DNA of 64,000 bases from Smithellaceae bacterium (GCA_963667845.2 CAXXVL010000002.1:1952001-2016000), one strand, 5' to 3'; counted from the stretch's first letter, positions 49,400 to 59,580 are shown. Numbers and translations are program-made. Notes: a model not told the origin generated them from the letters alone.

Positions 49400-50335
49400 A
49401 TGATGGAAGAAAAGATTATTGTCGCCGAGCATGTGACGAAGACATTTCCTAAAGTGGTGGCCGTGAATAACCTCAGCTTCGAGGTTTCGCCGGAGACTTG
49501 CTTCGGGGTCCTGGGGCCCAATGGCGCGGGCAAGTCCACGCTCATGAAGATCGTTTATGCCAAGTGCGTCCGGGACAAAAACAAAGCGGATCGCCTCCGT
49601 ATCTTCGGTTATGATCCCAATGAGGAGGAACTCGCCATCAAGTATTGTTCCGGCGTTGTCCCCCAGGATAACAACCTCGATGAAGAGCTCAACGTTATCC
49701 AAAATCTTATGATCTACTCCAAATTCTATCGCATTCCGGCAGGAGTCGCCCGGGAGCGGATCGCTTACCTGCTTGACTTTCTGGAACTCACTGAAAAAGC
49801 GAGTGCGCGGATTACGGAGCTTTCCGGAGGCATGAAGCGCCGGCTGGTGATCGCGCGCGCCCTCATCAACAACCCGCGGCTCTTGATCCTGGATGAGCCG
49901 ACCACGGGGCTTGATCCGCAGGTGCGGCACCTGATCTGGGACAAGCTGCGGCTTCTCAAGAAGGAAGGAACGACCATTCTGCTCACCACGCACTACATGG
50001 AGGAGGCGTTTCAGATCTGCGACAGCGTGATGATCATGCACAAGGGGCAGCGGATCATCGAAGGGCCGCCCCGGCAGCTCCTCAGGAAAAATATTGAAAG
50101 GTTCGTGCTCGAAGTGTTCGATACGAGTTCGCTTGCGGCCAAGCTCGATGAGGCGGCCCAGCGGCAGATCCGGATCGACCGGTCGCAGCAGGTGACGCTG
50201 CTGTTTTCCGACAATCTCGACGACCTGAAGGCGCTCGCGGGATCGCTTGCGCGGGGCAATTATTACCTTCGGGAGACAAATCTCGAAGATGTCTTTTTAA
50301 AGGCGACGGGGAGGGGACTCAATGAAAGCCAGTAA
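49400..50335 (+). CDS. ABC transporter ATP-binding protein (NodI-like)
   Basis: GPNGAGKST, LSGGMKRR, LDEPTTGLDPQ, TTHYMEEA. Confidence 0.93.
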   Translation: MMEEKIIVAEHVTKTFPKVVAVNNLSFEVSPETCFGVLGPNGAGKSTLMKIVYAKCVRDKNKADRLRIFGYDPNEEELAIKYCSGVVPQDNNLDEELNVIQNLMIYSKFYRIPAGVARERIAYLLDFLELTEKASARITELSGGMKRRLVIARALINNPRLLILDEPTTGLDPQVRHLIWDKLRLLKKEGTTILLTTHYMEEAFQICDSVMIMHKGQRIIEGPPRQLLRKNIERFVLEVFDTSSLAAKLDEAAQRQIRIDRSQQVTLLFSDNLDDLKALAGSLARGNYYLRETNLEDVFLKATGRGLNESQ

Positions 50336-51113
50336 TCCCCGGACCTATCCTCCCCTGTACTGGCGGCTCTTCAGCGTCTGGTACCGCCACATGCGCGTTT
50401 ACACGAAGAATATCTTCTCGAACGGTCTGCCTCCGTTTCTCGAGCCGCTCCTGTTCCTGGCGGGTGTGGGGCTCGGCCTGGGCGTCTATATCACGCAATC
50501 CATGGAGGGGCTCAGTTACATCGAATTTCTGGGGACCGGTCTTCTGGTGACGGCGGCGATGTTCACCTCGGCGTTCGAGTGCAGCTTCGGCACCTTTGTC
50601 CGTTTGACGTTCGACAAGGTGTACGACGGAATGCTGGCGTCGCCGCTGACGGTGACCGACCTCATCATCGGTGAAATCATCTGGGCCGGGACGAAGGGCC
50701 TGTTCTTCTCCTTTGCGGTCCTCTGCATCCTGCTGGGATTCGGCGTGATCCATTCGCCCTCGAGCCTGCTTGCGCCCGCGGTGGGATTTCTGACCGGCAT
50801 GATGTTTGCGACGGTCTCCCTCTGGATCACCTCGTTCGTCCGTCAGATCAATCAACTCAATTTCTATTTTACGGGGTTCATCTCGCCGATTTTCTTTTTT
50901 TCGGGCGTTGTTTTTCCGACCAGCAATCTGCCGGACTGGATACAGCCCCTGGTGGAACTGGTCCCGCTCACGCACGCGGTCCGACTGGTGCGGGCCGTCT
51001 GCGCCAACCACTACCAGATCGGTCATGTGTGGGATTTATCTTATGTGGCCGTATTCATCTTAGTCTTCGGATTTCTGGCGGTAAGAAGACTGCGCAAAAG
51101 AATGGTGATCTGA
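50322..51113 (+). CDS. ABC-2 permease (NodJ-like)
   Basis: EPLLFLAGVGLGLG, FSGVVFP, PLTHAV. Confidence 0.9.
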   Translation: MKASNPRTYPPLYWRLFSVWYRHMRVYTKNIFSNGLPPFLEPLLFLAGVGLGLGVYITQSMEGLSYIEFLGTGLLVTAAMFTSAFECSFGTFVRLTFDKVYDGMLASPLTVTDLIIGEIIWAGTKGLFFSFAVLCILLGFGVIHSPSSLLAPAVGFLTGMMFATVSLWITSFVRQINQLNFYFTGFISPIFFFSGVVFPTSNLPDWIQPLVELVPLTHAVRLVRAVCANHYQIGHVWDLSYVAVFILVFGFLAVRRLRKRMVI

Positions 51114-51150
51114 CAAAAAAAGAGCAGAGTTTTGCCGCTCTGCTCTTTGT
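51114..51150. terminator. Bidirectional terminator
   Basis: AAAGAGCAGAG/CTCTGCTCTTT stem between convergent genes. Confidence 0.7.
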
Positions 51151-51208
51151 GTGAGCCGCGCGGCATCTGCCAGAAAGATTGCCGCGTCACTCGTGTTGCT
51201 TTTCGTTG

Positions 51209-51424
51209 TTAATCGGGCAGCTTCTTAATGCCCTGCCATTCCTGGAATGCGCAGATCTCCTTGTCCAGGCTGCCCGCTATCGGACAGGCATGCGACGCCG
51301 CAAACAGCTGATAGACTTTGAGGGTGTCTTCGGCCAGTCTGTCCTGGGCCCTGAGAATAAATACCGGCTCATCTTTGCCGATTTTGGGTATGTCCACTTT
51401 GCCGTATTTTCCTGATAGTGCCAT
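51209..51424 (-). CDS. Small hypothetical protein
   Basis: RBS AAGGA; DEPVFILRAQD...KLPD. Confidence 0.65.
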   Translation of the reverse strand: MALSGKYGKVDIPKIGKDEPVFILRAQDRLAEDTLKVYQLFAASHACPIAGSLDKEICAFQEWQGIKKLPD

Positions 51425-51497
51425 GGGTGTTCCTTTCCTGTTTTTTTATCGTGAACGCATTATTATCCCGGCGTTATTCCCGGTATCGTGCAGCGTG

Positions 51498-51767
51498 TCA
51501 TTGTTTGTAAGCGGATACGCCCGCCTCAATGCCCTTGCCGAGGCGCACTTTTTTATCGGCCAGAGAATCTTTGGCCAGCTTCATGACATCCTCAACCTTG
51601 GTCACGGTCTCGTCATATTTACCTTTCGCTTTTTCATAGAAGTCTTCCGACTTGCCGCGGATGTCCTGCCGCAACTCCTTGCCCGATTTGGGCGCAAATA
51701 AAATGCCTAAGGCGCCGCCAACCACACCGCCAACCAGAAACCCCAAAATATGATTCTTTGATATCAT
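51498..51767 (-). CDS. YtxH domain protein
   Basis: GFLVGGVVGGALGILFAPKSGKELR. Confidence 0.88.
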   Translation of the reverse strand: MISKNHILGFLVGGVVGGALGILFAPKSGKELRQDIRGKSEDFYEKAKGKYDETVTKVEDVMKLAKDSLADKKVRLGKGIEAGVSAYKQ

Positions 51768-51947
51768 TTCTCTGTCCTCCGATAATCGTTAAATAAAGTA
51801 AATGGATGCCGAACGCCTCTTCGGGCACATCGACCGCTATTGGAAATCAGTTGCTCATCGCGTGCAGCCTTCTCGGACATCGTGCATAAACTGCGATGCC
51901 GGGGCCCGTCTCTCCCTGTTTGCGGGTCGGACGGGCTCCGGTGATTC

Positions 51948-52418
51948 TTACTCGATCTTTACCTTGACTTCTTTACTCTTGGCCTCTTCGCTCTTGGGCA
52001 TCCTGACTTCCAGAACACCATCCTTGAATGTCGATTTCGTCTGGTCGCCCCTGACTTCCGTAGGAAGACTGAAGGAGCGGCAGAAAGAGCCGTAGGATCG
52101 CTCCAGCTTGTAGTAGTCTTTCTTTTTGATCTCATCCTCCTTCTTCTTTTCACCGGATATCGTAATCATCCCGTCCGTTAACGTAACTTCGATATCCTCC
52201 TTCTTCATACCGGGAAGTTCCGCTTTCAGAACCAGATCACCGTTTGATTCGAAGATATCCACTTCGGGCATAAGTTCTTCTTCCATGCCTGCCCGGAGTT
52301 TGGAGAAAAACGGCGTAAAGGGCCGGGGCATTATTTCGTCAAACCACTTGTCGAAATCTCTCAGCGCCATCACGGGACGTGTTTCCGATCTCACCAATTC
52401 TTTTTGTTCTTCTGCCAT
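51948..52418 (-). CDS. Hsp20 small heat shock protein
   Basis: AELPGMKKEDI, ERSYGSF.RSF.LP, DGVLEV.MPK. Confidence 0.95.
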   Translation of the reverse strand: MAEEQKELVRSETRPVMALRDFDKWFDEIMPRPFTPFFSKLRAGMEEELMPEVDIFESNGDLVLKAELPGMKKEDIEVTLTDGMITISGEKKKEDEIKKKDYYKLERSYGSFCRSFSLPTEVRGDQTKSTFKDGVLEVRMPKSEEAKSKEVKVKIE

Positions 52419-52801
52419 AATACACCTCCATTAAAATTCTTATTCAACCAACGCGGTCAGCGGCTGGTTTGTATTGCGATGCGGGTAAAGATGCTGCTCT
52501 TCCCACTGCAATTCGCCGCGTCCCTTATCAATATGAATCGATTGAAGGGAAGGCAATGGTAATTAAGTTAGAGCTGATTGAGAGTTCGAAACTACCGCGC
52601 AGACGCAGCTTTCTAATCGATGCCCGTCGATCGCGACACTTGAACAAAAAATCTTGGATTCTCGTTGAAAAGATCATGGATTGCAGTGGCTGACGAAGTG
52701 TTCGGAATCCCCGTGAAGGGTAGCCAATATCCCGCGGGAACCTCTCGCCGGAGATGCCGTATGGCTGGGTCTCCGGCCTATCCCCGGGAAGGGGATAAAG
52801 C

Positions 52802-52830
52802 TTGACCGACGGTCAGCAAAAGAGTACGAT
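52802..52830 (+). promoter_or_regulatory. Sigma70 promoter with overlapping palindromic operator
   Basis: TTGACC-17-TACGAT; TGACCG-A-CGGTCA at 52803-52815. Confidence 0.6.
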
Positions 52831-52878
52831 TACCCGAGTATGTGCAGGAAACACATCGGGGAAATACTTTAGGAGGAA

Positions 52879-53976
52879 ATGGAGATGGCCAAATATCTCT
52901 ACAACGAGGAGGCAGTCGCAAATCTCAGACTCAGCGATACGTCGGTTCTGGACCGGTTGATTGATTTCGAGTCTGCGCGCGCTGCGCATTTAAAAAAAGA
53001 ACATGGCAAGAAGGACAAGCGCATGCCCCTTGCCGAAGCGATCGCCACGTATGTGCAGGACGGCGACATCATCACCGATGGCGGTTTTTCATACGTCAGG
53101 ACGCCCCAGCAGGCTTTTCACGAGATCATCCGGCAGGGCAAAAAAAATCTGCAGATGATCGGAGCGCCCAATACCAATCAGAGTTTCTTCATCACCTATG
53201 GATTGGTGGTCTATTCGCACAGCTCATATACCGGAGCGGAGATGCGCGGGATTGACAAGGTCTATGACCGGGGGCTCAAAGCCGGTAAGTTCAAGATTCT
53301 TTCCGAATGGAGCCACGGCGGTGTCGCGCAAGGGTTCAAAGCCGCACAGCTCGGCGTTCCGGGTTTTTTCAGCAAACAGATGCTCGGAAGCGACCTGGTT
53401 CGCTACAATCCTTATCTCAAGGTGATGCAAAATCCCTTGAAGGCGGACAAGGATCCGTCCGTGTTTGTTCCGGCCCTGTATCCCGATGTGGCGATCATCC
53501 ACTGCCACGCAGCGGACAAATACGGCAACGCCTATATCTACGGCCCGGCTGTCAACGATCTGGCGGTGGCGGCAGCGGCGCGCAAACTGATTATCACGGC
53601 GGAAGAGATCGTTCCCGAAAACGATATCCGCTACAACAAGCACGGACAGATCATTCCGTTCTTTTATGCAGATGCCGTGGTCGAAATGCCTTTCGGAGCG
53701 ATTCCCGGCAGCATGCCCGGCTGTTACTACTGGCCCAGGCAGTGGTGGGAAAAGTGCATGAGGTTCGGCGGCGCATCCGACGAAAACAATAAAGCATTTT
53801 GTGATGAATGGATTATGGGCGTCAAGAATCAGTTCGAGTTTGTCGACAAACTGGGAGGCGCCAAGTGGATCGCCGAGGCCCGCCGCCAGACGAAGGCCGC
53901 CGAAGGCGATAATGAAGATATTGATTTCTCGTATGAGGAATACACCCTGAATCACGATCCAGGGCGATACTATTGA
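52879..53976 (+). CDS. Family I CoA transferase subunit A (glutaconate CoA transferase-like)
   Basis: PDVAIIH...ADKYGN, TAEEIV, PFGA.P. Confidence 0.85.
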   Translation: MEMAKYLYNEEAVANLRLSDTSVLDRLIDFESARAAHLKKEHGKKDKRMPLAEAIATYVQDGDIITDGGFSYVRTPQQAFHEIIRQGKKNLQMIGAPNTNQSFFITYGLVVYSHSSYTGAEMRGIDKVYDRGLKAGKFKILSEWSHGGVAQGFKAAQLGVPGFFSKQMLGSDLVRYNPYLKVMQNPLKADKDPSVFVPALYPDVAIIHCHAADKYGNAYIYGPAVNDLAVAAAARKLIITAEEIVPENDIRYNKHGQIIPFFYADAVVEMPFGAIPGSMPGCYYWPRQWWEKCMRFGGASDENNKAFCDEWIMGVKNQFEFVDKLGGAKWIAEARRQTKAAEGDNEDIDFSYEEYTLNHDPGRYY

Positions 53977-53992
53977 GATAGAGGAGCATACT

Positions 53993-54784
53993 ATGCAAGA
54001 CTTAAACGCACCGGCCAATCCCCTCGAAACATTGGCCTACATTATAGCGCAGCAGATTCACGATCATTCGGTCGTCTACATCGGAACCGGGATCCCCATG
54101 GTGGCTGGAATCCTGGCCAAAAAAACCCACGCCCCGAACATCACCCTCGTTTATGAATCCGGCGGACAGGATCCGATCGAAGGCGACATGCCCTGGTCGG
54201 TCGGCTGTCCCTTTACCTGGCGCAAATCGCCCACGATCATGGAAATGTCCTACTCGTTCGCGCAGTGCTACAACGGGTATGTCGATATCGGATTTCTGGG
54301 GTTCGCCCAGGTGGATATGTACGGCAACGTGAACACCCACATGATCGGCAAGGATTTTCACCACCCCAAGGTCCGGATGACGGGAAGCGGCGGCAACAAC
54401 GATTTGTCGTCGCTCACCGAAAATATGGTGCTGGTCGGGCTTCAGACGCCGGACAAATTTCCCCAGAAGGTAGATTTCATCACCTCCGTCGGTCATTTGA
54501 CGGGCAGCAACTCGCGCCGGGAGGCCGGCCTCCTGGGCAACGGCCCGCAGGCCGTGATCAGCCCCTGGGGCGTCTATGACTTTGAACCGACGAGCAAACG
54601 CATGCGGATCAAATCCCTGACGCCGGGCGTGACCGCCGAGCTTGCCCAGCAGCTTACCGGTTTTGAGCTTCTGAAACCCGAAGGCGCAATCCCTGAGACC
54701 AAATTAGTCACGCCCGAGGCGTTGAAGATTATCCGCACGCAGGTTGATCCGCGGGGAGTTTTCACGCAGATGCCCGCTGCTTAA
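53993..54784 (+). CDS. Family I CoA transferase subunit B
   Basis: GTGIP, YESG (catalytic Glu), QVDMYGNVN, GSGGNND. Confidence 0.88.
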   Translation: MQDLNAPANPLETLAYIIAQQIHDHSVVYIGTGIPMVAGILAKKTHAPNITLVYESGGQDPIEGDMPWSVGCPFTWRKSPTIMEMSYSFAQCYNGYVDIGFLGFAQVDMYGNVNTHMIGKDFHHPKVRMTGSGGNNDLSSLTENMVLVGLQTPDKFPQKVDFITSVGHLTGSNSRREAGLLGNGPQAVISPWGVYDFEPTSKRMRIKSLTPGVTAELAQQLTGFELLKPEGAIPETKLVTPEALKIIRTQVDPRGVFTQMPAA

Positions 54785-54827
54785 AGACGGCAGCGGCAAA
54801 AAGTATATCGTACCCGATTAACCATTC

Positions 54828-54871
54828 CGGGCTGTGAACGCCAAACGAGGCCGATCACAGCCCGTTTTTTT
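54828..54871 (+). terminator. Intrinsic terminator
   Basis: CGGGCTGTGA/TCACAGCCCG stem followed by T7. Confidence 0.75.
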
Positions 54872-55015
54872 CATTCCGACGGGCCGCCGCGGAAGGACGG
54901 CATTAGAAGAATTCTTCACGGCTTAACCAGGGGATGTCTGTCTCGCGGAGTCTCAGAAATTTATCTGTATATCATTTATACATAATTAATTTCACAATAT
55001 GGCTATGTCTAATTC

Positions 55016-55044
55016 TTGCACGAGAGGCGGAGATGAGGTATGGT
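55016..55044 (+). promoter_or_regulatory. Candidate sigma70 promoter
   Basis: TTGCAC-17-TATGGT preceded by an AT-rich tract. Confidence 0.45.
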
Positions 55045-55325
55045 GCGCGAAAAATCAATACGGTCTTCCGTCCCCGGAACCGTCGCTGACAATTGGGCGG
55101 ACAGGCTAAGCCGGAAGAGAAGTAATAAACACCACGGCGGATATCGAAAAACCCGCTGGCGACGCCCTTAAGCAGAGGGGGACTGATTTTTAAACCCGCT
55201 TAAGCGGGACGAGCGTTAATTCTCTGTATCCTGCTGCGAAATAATAACGTTCATTTCATACCTCGACAGCTTGCGGCGAGGTGTTTTGATTCTAAAACAA
55301 TGCGATTTTTTGAATTAGCGGGGGA

Positions 55326-57116
55326 ATGATGAGCAGCCGGTTTGATGACCTGATTGAAGGTGTTCTGAAAATAAGGGAATATGAAGGTGAAGACAAAGTC
55401 GTCAGTCTGAGTGACGCGATTGCCCGCTTCGTCAAGCCCGGCGCCAGCATTCACCTTGCGGCAACTCACTCGGCGCCCGGCGCCGCCATTTATGAAATTG
55501 TCCGGCAATTCCATGGCACAAATCCCGGTTTCACGCTCATTATGCGGGGGATTCGCGACACCGTTTCGATTCTCATTCACCTGGGTCTCGTGAAGAAAGT
55601 GATCACGGCCTTCTCCGGAAACGTCTATCCCTGGTACAGCCCCAATCCCGTGACGCAGAAAGCTTACGTTCACCGCGAGGTGGAACTGGAAGACTGGTCG
55701 ATCCTGACGCTGCCGCTGAGACTCATGGCGGGAGCTCTGGGGGTCGGCGCAATGCCCACGACGTCACTCATCGGGAGTTCGCTGGCCCTACGCAACAAAG
55801 ATTCGTTCACGATCATCGACGATCCCTTCGGCAGCGGAAAGAAGATCGGACTCGTCAAGGCATTGAATCCGGATATTGCCATCGTCCACAGCATCGCCGC
55901 CGACCGCGAGGGGAACGCGATCCTCACCGCACCCTACAGTGAAAGTCTCTGGGGCGCAAAAGCAAGCATAGGCGGCGTTCTCGTCACAACAGAGAAAATT
56001 GTCTCCACGGATTTCATCCGCCGGCACTCCCACCTCGTCAAGCTTCCCGCTTATATGGTGAAGTCCGTATCGCTGACGCCCTTCGGGGCGCACCCGGGCG
56101 GCGTCTGGAATCAGGGGATTCACGAATGTGAAGCCTATGCCGAGGATTACGAATTCATGACCGGGTTCAACAAACTGCTCAAAGACCCGCAGGCCCTGGA
56201 CGCGTGGATCAGCGAGTGGGTGCTGGCGTGTCCCACGTTTGCCGACTACCTGGCGAAGCTCGGCGGCAACCGGATCGCGTCACTCAAAAAGAATGCCGGC
56301 GAGGATGCCTGGCGCCGCGAGCTCGACATCCGGGAAGAAAAAATATCCGATACGGATGCGGCCAATCCCGTCGAAACCATGGTCATCATGGCCGCCCGGG
56401 AACTTGCAACGCACGTTCTCCGGAGTCAGTACAAGACGATGCTCGCGGGAGCGGGCACGGCCAATCTGGCCGCGTGGGTGGCCAAGTACGAGCTGCAAAA
56501 ACGGGATTACATTGTGGAGCTCCTGGTGGAACTGGGCTATTTCGGCAATTCCCCCCGCCCGGGTGAGCCCTTTCTCCTGAACTTCGGCAATTTCCCGACC
56601 TGCAAGATGCTGACGGAGACCCTCGACACCCTGGGCGTGTTCACCTGCGGCCGAACGAACCGGTGCCTCGGCGTTCTGGGAGGGGGGCAAATTGACAAAT
56701 TCGGCAACATCAATTCCCATTGGATGTCGGACGACGTCTATGTGACGGGATCGGGCGGCGCCAACGATGTGGCGACGGGGGCGCAGGAGACGATGGTCGT
56801 CATGCAGCAATCAAAGCACCGTTTCCTGGAGCAGGTACCATTCATCACGGCACCGGGAGAACGCGTCAAAACCGTGGTCTCCACCCTGGGTGTTTTTGAA
56901 AAGCCCGACGGTGGCCCGGAATTGATCCTGACGAAGGTTTTTGCCCCAGAGGAGGGTGCTTCCTCGGTCGAGGACAGGGTTCGCAAAATAAAGGAAAACT
57001 GCGGCTGGAATTTGCAGGTGGCGCGTGATCCCGAAGTGGTCAGCCTTCCTAAGCCTGACGAACTGAAACTGCTGAGAATATTCGATCCGCAGAAGTTTTA
57101 TCTCAAACAGCGGTAA
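55326..57116 (+). CDS. Fused A+B family I CoA transferase
   Basis: PDIAIVH..AADREGN, PFGAHP, QIDKFGNIN, GSGGAND. Confidence 0.85.
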   Translation: MMSSRFDDLIEGVLKIREYEGEDKVVSLSDAIARFVKPGASIHLAATHSAPGAAIYEIVRQFHGTNPGFTLIMRGIRDTVSILIHLGLVKKVITAFSGNVYPWYSPNPVTQKAYVHREVELEDWSILTLPLRLMAGALGVGAMPTTSLIGSSLALRNKDSFTIIDDPFGSGKKIGLVKALNPDIAIVHSIAADREGNAILTAPYSESLWGAKASIGGVLVTTEKIVSTDFIRRHSHLVKLPAYMVKSVSLTPFGAHPGGVWNQGIHECEAYAEDYEFMTGFNKLLKDPQALDAWISEWVLACPTFADYLAKLGGNRIASLKKNAGEDAWRRELDIREEKISDTDAANPVETMVIMAARELATHVLRSQYKTMLAGAGTANLAAWVAKYELQKRDYIVELLVELGYFGNSPRPGEPFLLNFGNFPTCKMLTETLDTLGVFTCGRTNRCLGVLGGGQIDKFGNINSHWMSDDVYVTGSGGANDVATGAQETMVVMQQSKHRFLEQVPFITAPGERVKTVVSTLGVFEKPDGGPELILTKVFAPEEGASSVEDRVRKIKENCGWNLQVARDPEVVSLPKPDELKLLRIFDPQKFYLKQR

Positions 57117-57335
57117 TCATTTTTATCGCTTGCCACACCGTAATGGTCGGTGCCATTTCTTGTACAACACGAACTCAAGAAGAAACTTTAAAGGGAATCG
57201 GGAGGCAGTCGGTTGATGCAGCCGTCTCTCTTCAGCAATTGACGTTCACTGTTCCCAAATCAGGGATCATATCGCGGCGGCGGCAGAAGGTGACGGAGAT
57301 GGATGCATATTTACGAATCGGAGTCGAAAATTTAT

Positions 57336-57379
57336 AAAAACAGGGAACGGCCGCGGTGGAATCACTGGTCCGTTCCCTG
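57336..57379 (-). terminator. Intrinsic terminator
   Basis: CAGGGAACGG/CCGTTCCCTG stem with U-tract on minus strand. Confidence 0.6.
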
Positions 57380-57453
57380 GTTGAAATGCGGCGCGAAGCG
57401 CCTTTTTTTGTTCACTTACAGCCTGAAGGCCTATAGCCTAAAAGTCTGCTTTC

Positions 57454-58203
57454 CTAAATCTTCATTCCGCCGTCGCAGAAGATGACCTGTCCCGTGATAA
57501 ACGAACTTTCATCGGAAGCCAGGAACAGTGCCAGGTTGGCGATGTCGCGGGGTGAGCCTTTGCGGTTCATCGGAACCAGGTAAGGCAGCATCGCATCCAT
57601 CTGCTTGATGGTTTCCGGCGGCATGTTCTTCATCATGTCCGTCCAGATCATGCCCGGAGCAATGGCGTTGACATTCACGCCCTTGGCGCCCAGTTCCTTG
57701 GCGGCGGTTTTGGTCATGCCGATGACGCCGGCCTTGGATGCAGAGTAGTTGATCTGGCCGGCATTGCCCAGCGCGCTGGTCGATGAAATATTGACGATTT
57801 TGCCGTAGCCTTTTTCGCGCATCACGCGCGCTGCGCACTGAATGCCGAGGAACGTGCCCGTCAGATTGACGGCGATGACGGCATCCCACTGTGCGTCGGT
57901 CATCTTGTGCAGAATGACGTCGCGGGTGATTCCGGCATTATTGACGATGATGTCGAGCGTGCCGAATTCCTTCACCGCCGTATCGACCATGTTCTGCACG
58001 ACCGCCCGCTCGGCGACGCTGCCCAGCACGTAAACGGCCTGGCCGCCCTTGGCTTTTACCTGATCCACCACATTTTTCGCGTCTGCTTCGTTGACATCGT
58101 TCACGACGATCTTGGCGCCCTCCTCGACGAATCTCATAACGATTCCTTCGCCGATGCCGCGGCCCGATCCCGTAATAATTGCTACTTTGTCTTTCAGTCT
58201 CAT
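57454..58203 (-). CDS. 3-oxoacyl reductase-type SDR (FabG-like)
   Basis: TGSGRGIG, NNAGITRD, GQINYSASKAG. Confidence 0.9.
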   Translation of the reverse strand: MRLKDKVAIITGSGRGIGEGIVMRFVEEGAKIVVNDVNEADAKNVVDQVKAKGGQAVYVLGSVAERAVVQNMVDTAVKEFGTLDIIVNNAGITRDVILHKMTDAQWDAVIAVNLTGTFLGIQCAARVMREKGYGKIVNISSTSALGNAGQINYSASKAGVIGMTKTAAKELGAKGVNVNAIAPGMIWTDMMKNMPPETIKQMDAMLPYLVPMNRKGSPRDIANLALFLASDESSFITGQVIFCDGGMKI

Positions 58204-58314
58204 TTTTTTCTCCTTCTATTATTTTTTGCAGGAAGCGGTATCAAACCACCCTTTGGGCGGCAAGACCACCCTTGCGGGTGGCAAGACCGTTCCCTGCGAC
58301 TCGATCGTGTTTTA

Positions 58315-58734
58315 TTATTTCGGGCATGGCCCTAGATATTTTCCGCTCATTTTGCTGTTCATCTGCATGGCCGGCTGGCCTTTCATCTTAAAGCTGGTTG
58401 TTGCCGACCCGTCCATGGTGTTGCCGGTATAAGTGGATTTGCCGGTCGTCTGCATCTCGCCGTCTTTTCCCGAGCAGGACACGGCGTAGCTGACCGTATT
58501 GCCGCTGATCTTCTGGCTGGTCGTTTTGCAGTCATAGTTTTTGTCCTGATTTTTTGCTACGGCGTCGCTTTTGGTGATGCACTGGCGGGCCGTCGTGGGA
58601 GGCATCTGCTGCTTCATGCCCGCAATCTGGACCTGCGTGCTGATTTCCCACATACCATCTTTGAGCTGCGCCCAGGCAGCCGCGGCCCAGAACACCGATA
58701 AAAGAAGAACGACCATGATCAATGTCTTTTTCAT
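58315..58734 (-). CDS. DUF3617-like exported protein
   Basis: Signal peptide, GMWEI, QCIT, 4 Cys, ends GKYLGPC. Confidence 0.8.
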   Translation of the reverse strand: MKKTLIMVVLLLSVFWAAAAWAQLKDGMWEISTQVQIAGMKQQMPPTTARQCITKSDAVAKNQDKNYDCKTTSQKISGNTVSYAVSCSGKDGEMQTTGKSTYTGNTMDGSATTSFKMKGQPAMQMNSKMSGKYLGPCPK

Positions 58735-58749
58735 CTTCCTCTCCCTTGT

Positions 58750-59571
58750 CTATTTTTTCAACCGGTAGACGGCAACGGCCTCCGACCAGTCCGCCAGATC
58801 AATCTGATTGAGCCTGCGGACAAGATCGCCGATCATTCCCGTCGACTTTTCATCATATACCTGAAAAATGCCTTCTTTGAAACCTAAAGATAGCAAAGGT
58901 TCCTTTTTTCGCGTCGCAACAATTTTAATTCTCTCTTCGGCAAAAGTTCCCCGATGATTCGGCAAAAACATGGCGGTGAGCCGGATGCGGCTGTCTCCTT
59001 GCGGAAATTGATAGGCTTTTCCCGCCCGGGTAAAATTATCGGACGTATCGGCATTGGGCAAAAGCAGCGTTACGGAACCGTCCGCGGCGACCGAAAAAAT
59101 ATAGACATAGGCGTCACTCGTTACCGAATAGAAGATTTTGACATCATCGCCTTCTTTTAAATCCGTTTTGGAAAGCGAAAGTTTTACAGACAGGCCTTCG
59201 CCTTTTTCGGGGTAGACGGGTTCGACCAGCGCTTTGATTTTAACGCGGTAGAGATTTCTTTCTTTTTCGTCCCAGCCCGCGGATACCGTCTTCTCATTTT
59301 TGATTTTTCCCCGCACGGCGGCATAGATGAGATCGTCGGCCACCTGAGCATTGGAAACCAGTGTATGCGATCGGATGAAAACCCCCACCGCCTTTTCCAC
59401 CGCCTGGTTCCGGGCATCGAGCCTGGCGCGATCTTTGACTTCCTTCTGGGTTTCAATCTCACCCATCAGAGCCTCGCCGGTCGCGTCGACCCAGACGGGC
59501 TTTTCTGCTGCCGGACACAGAACAGGCAGGTTCATCAGAATCAGAATCGCAAATGCTAATAATCTTTTCAT
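58750..59571 (-). CDS. Exported protein with C-terminal DUF4384-like domain
   Basis: Signal; ARLDARNQAVEKAVGVFI; DAYVYIFSVAADGSVTLLLPN. Confidence 0.75.
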   Translation of the reverse strand: MKRLLAFAILILMNLPVLCPAAEKPVWVDATGEALMGEIETQKEVKDRARLDARNQAVEKAVGVFIRSHTLVSNAQVADDLIYAAVRGKIKNEKTVSAGWDEKERNLYRVKIKALVEPVYPEKGEGLSVKLSLSKTDLKEGDDVKIFYSVTSDAYVYIFSVAADGSVTLLLPNADTSDNFTRAGKAYQFPQGDSRIRLTAMFLPNHRGTFAEERIKIVATRKKEPLLSLGFKEGIFQVYDEKSTGMIGDLVRRLNQIDLADWSEAVAVYRLKK

Positions 59572-59580
59572 AACAACCCT

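Noticed and set aside
49400..51113. NodI/NodJ as nodulation genes
   Set aside because: Generic ABC-2 exporter family; no nodABC nearby
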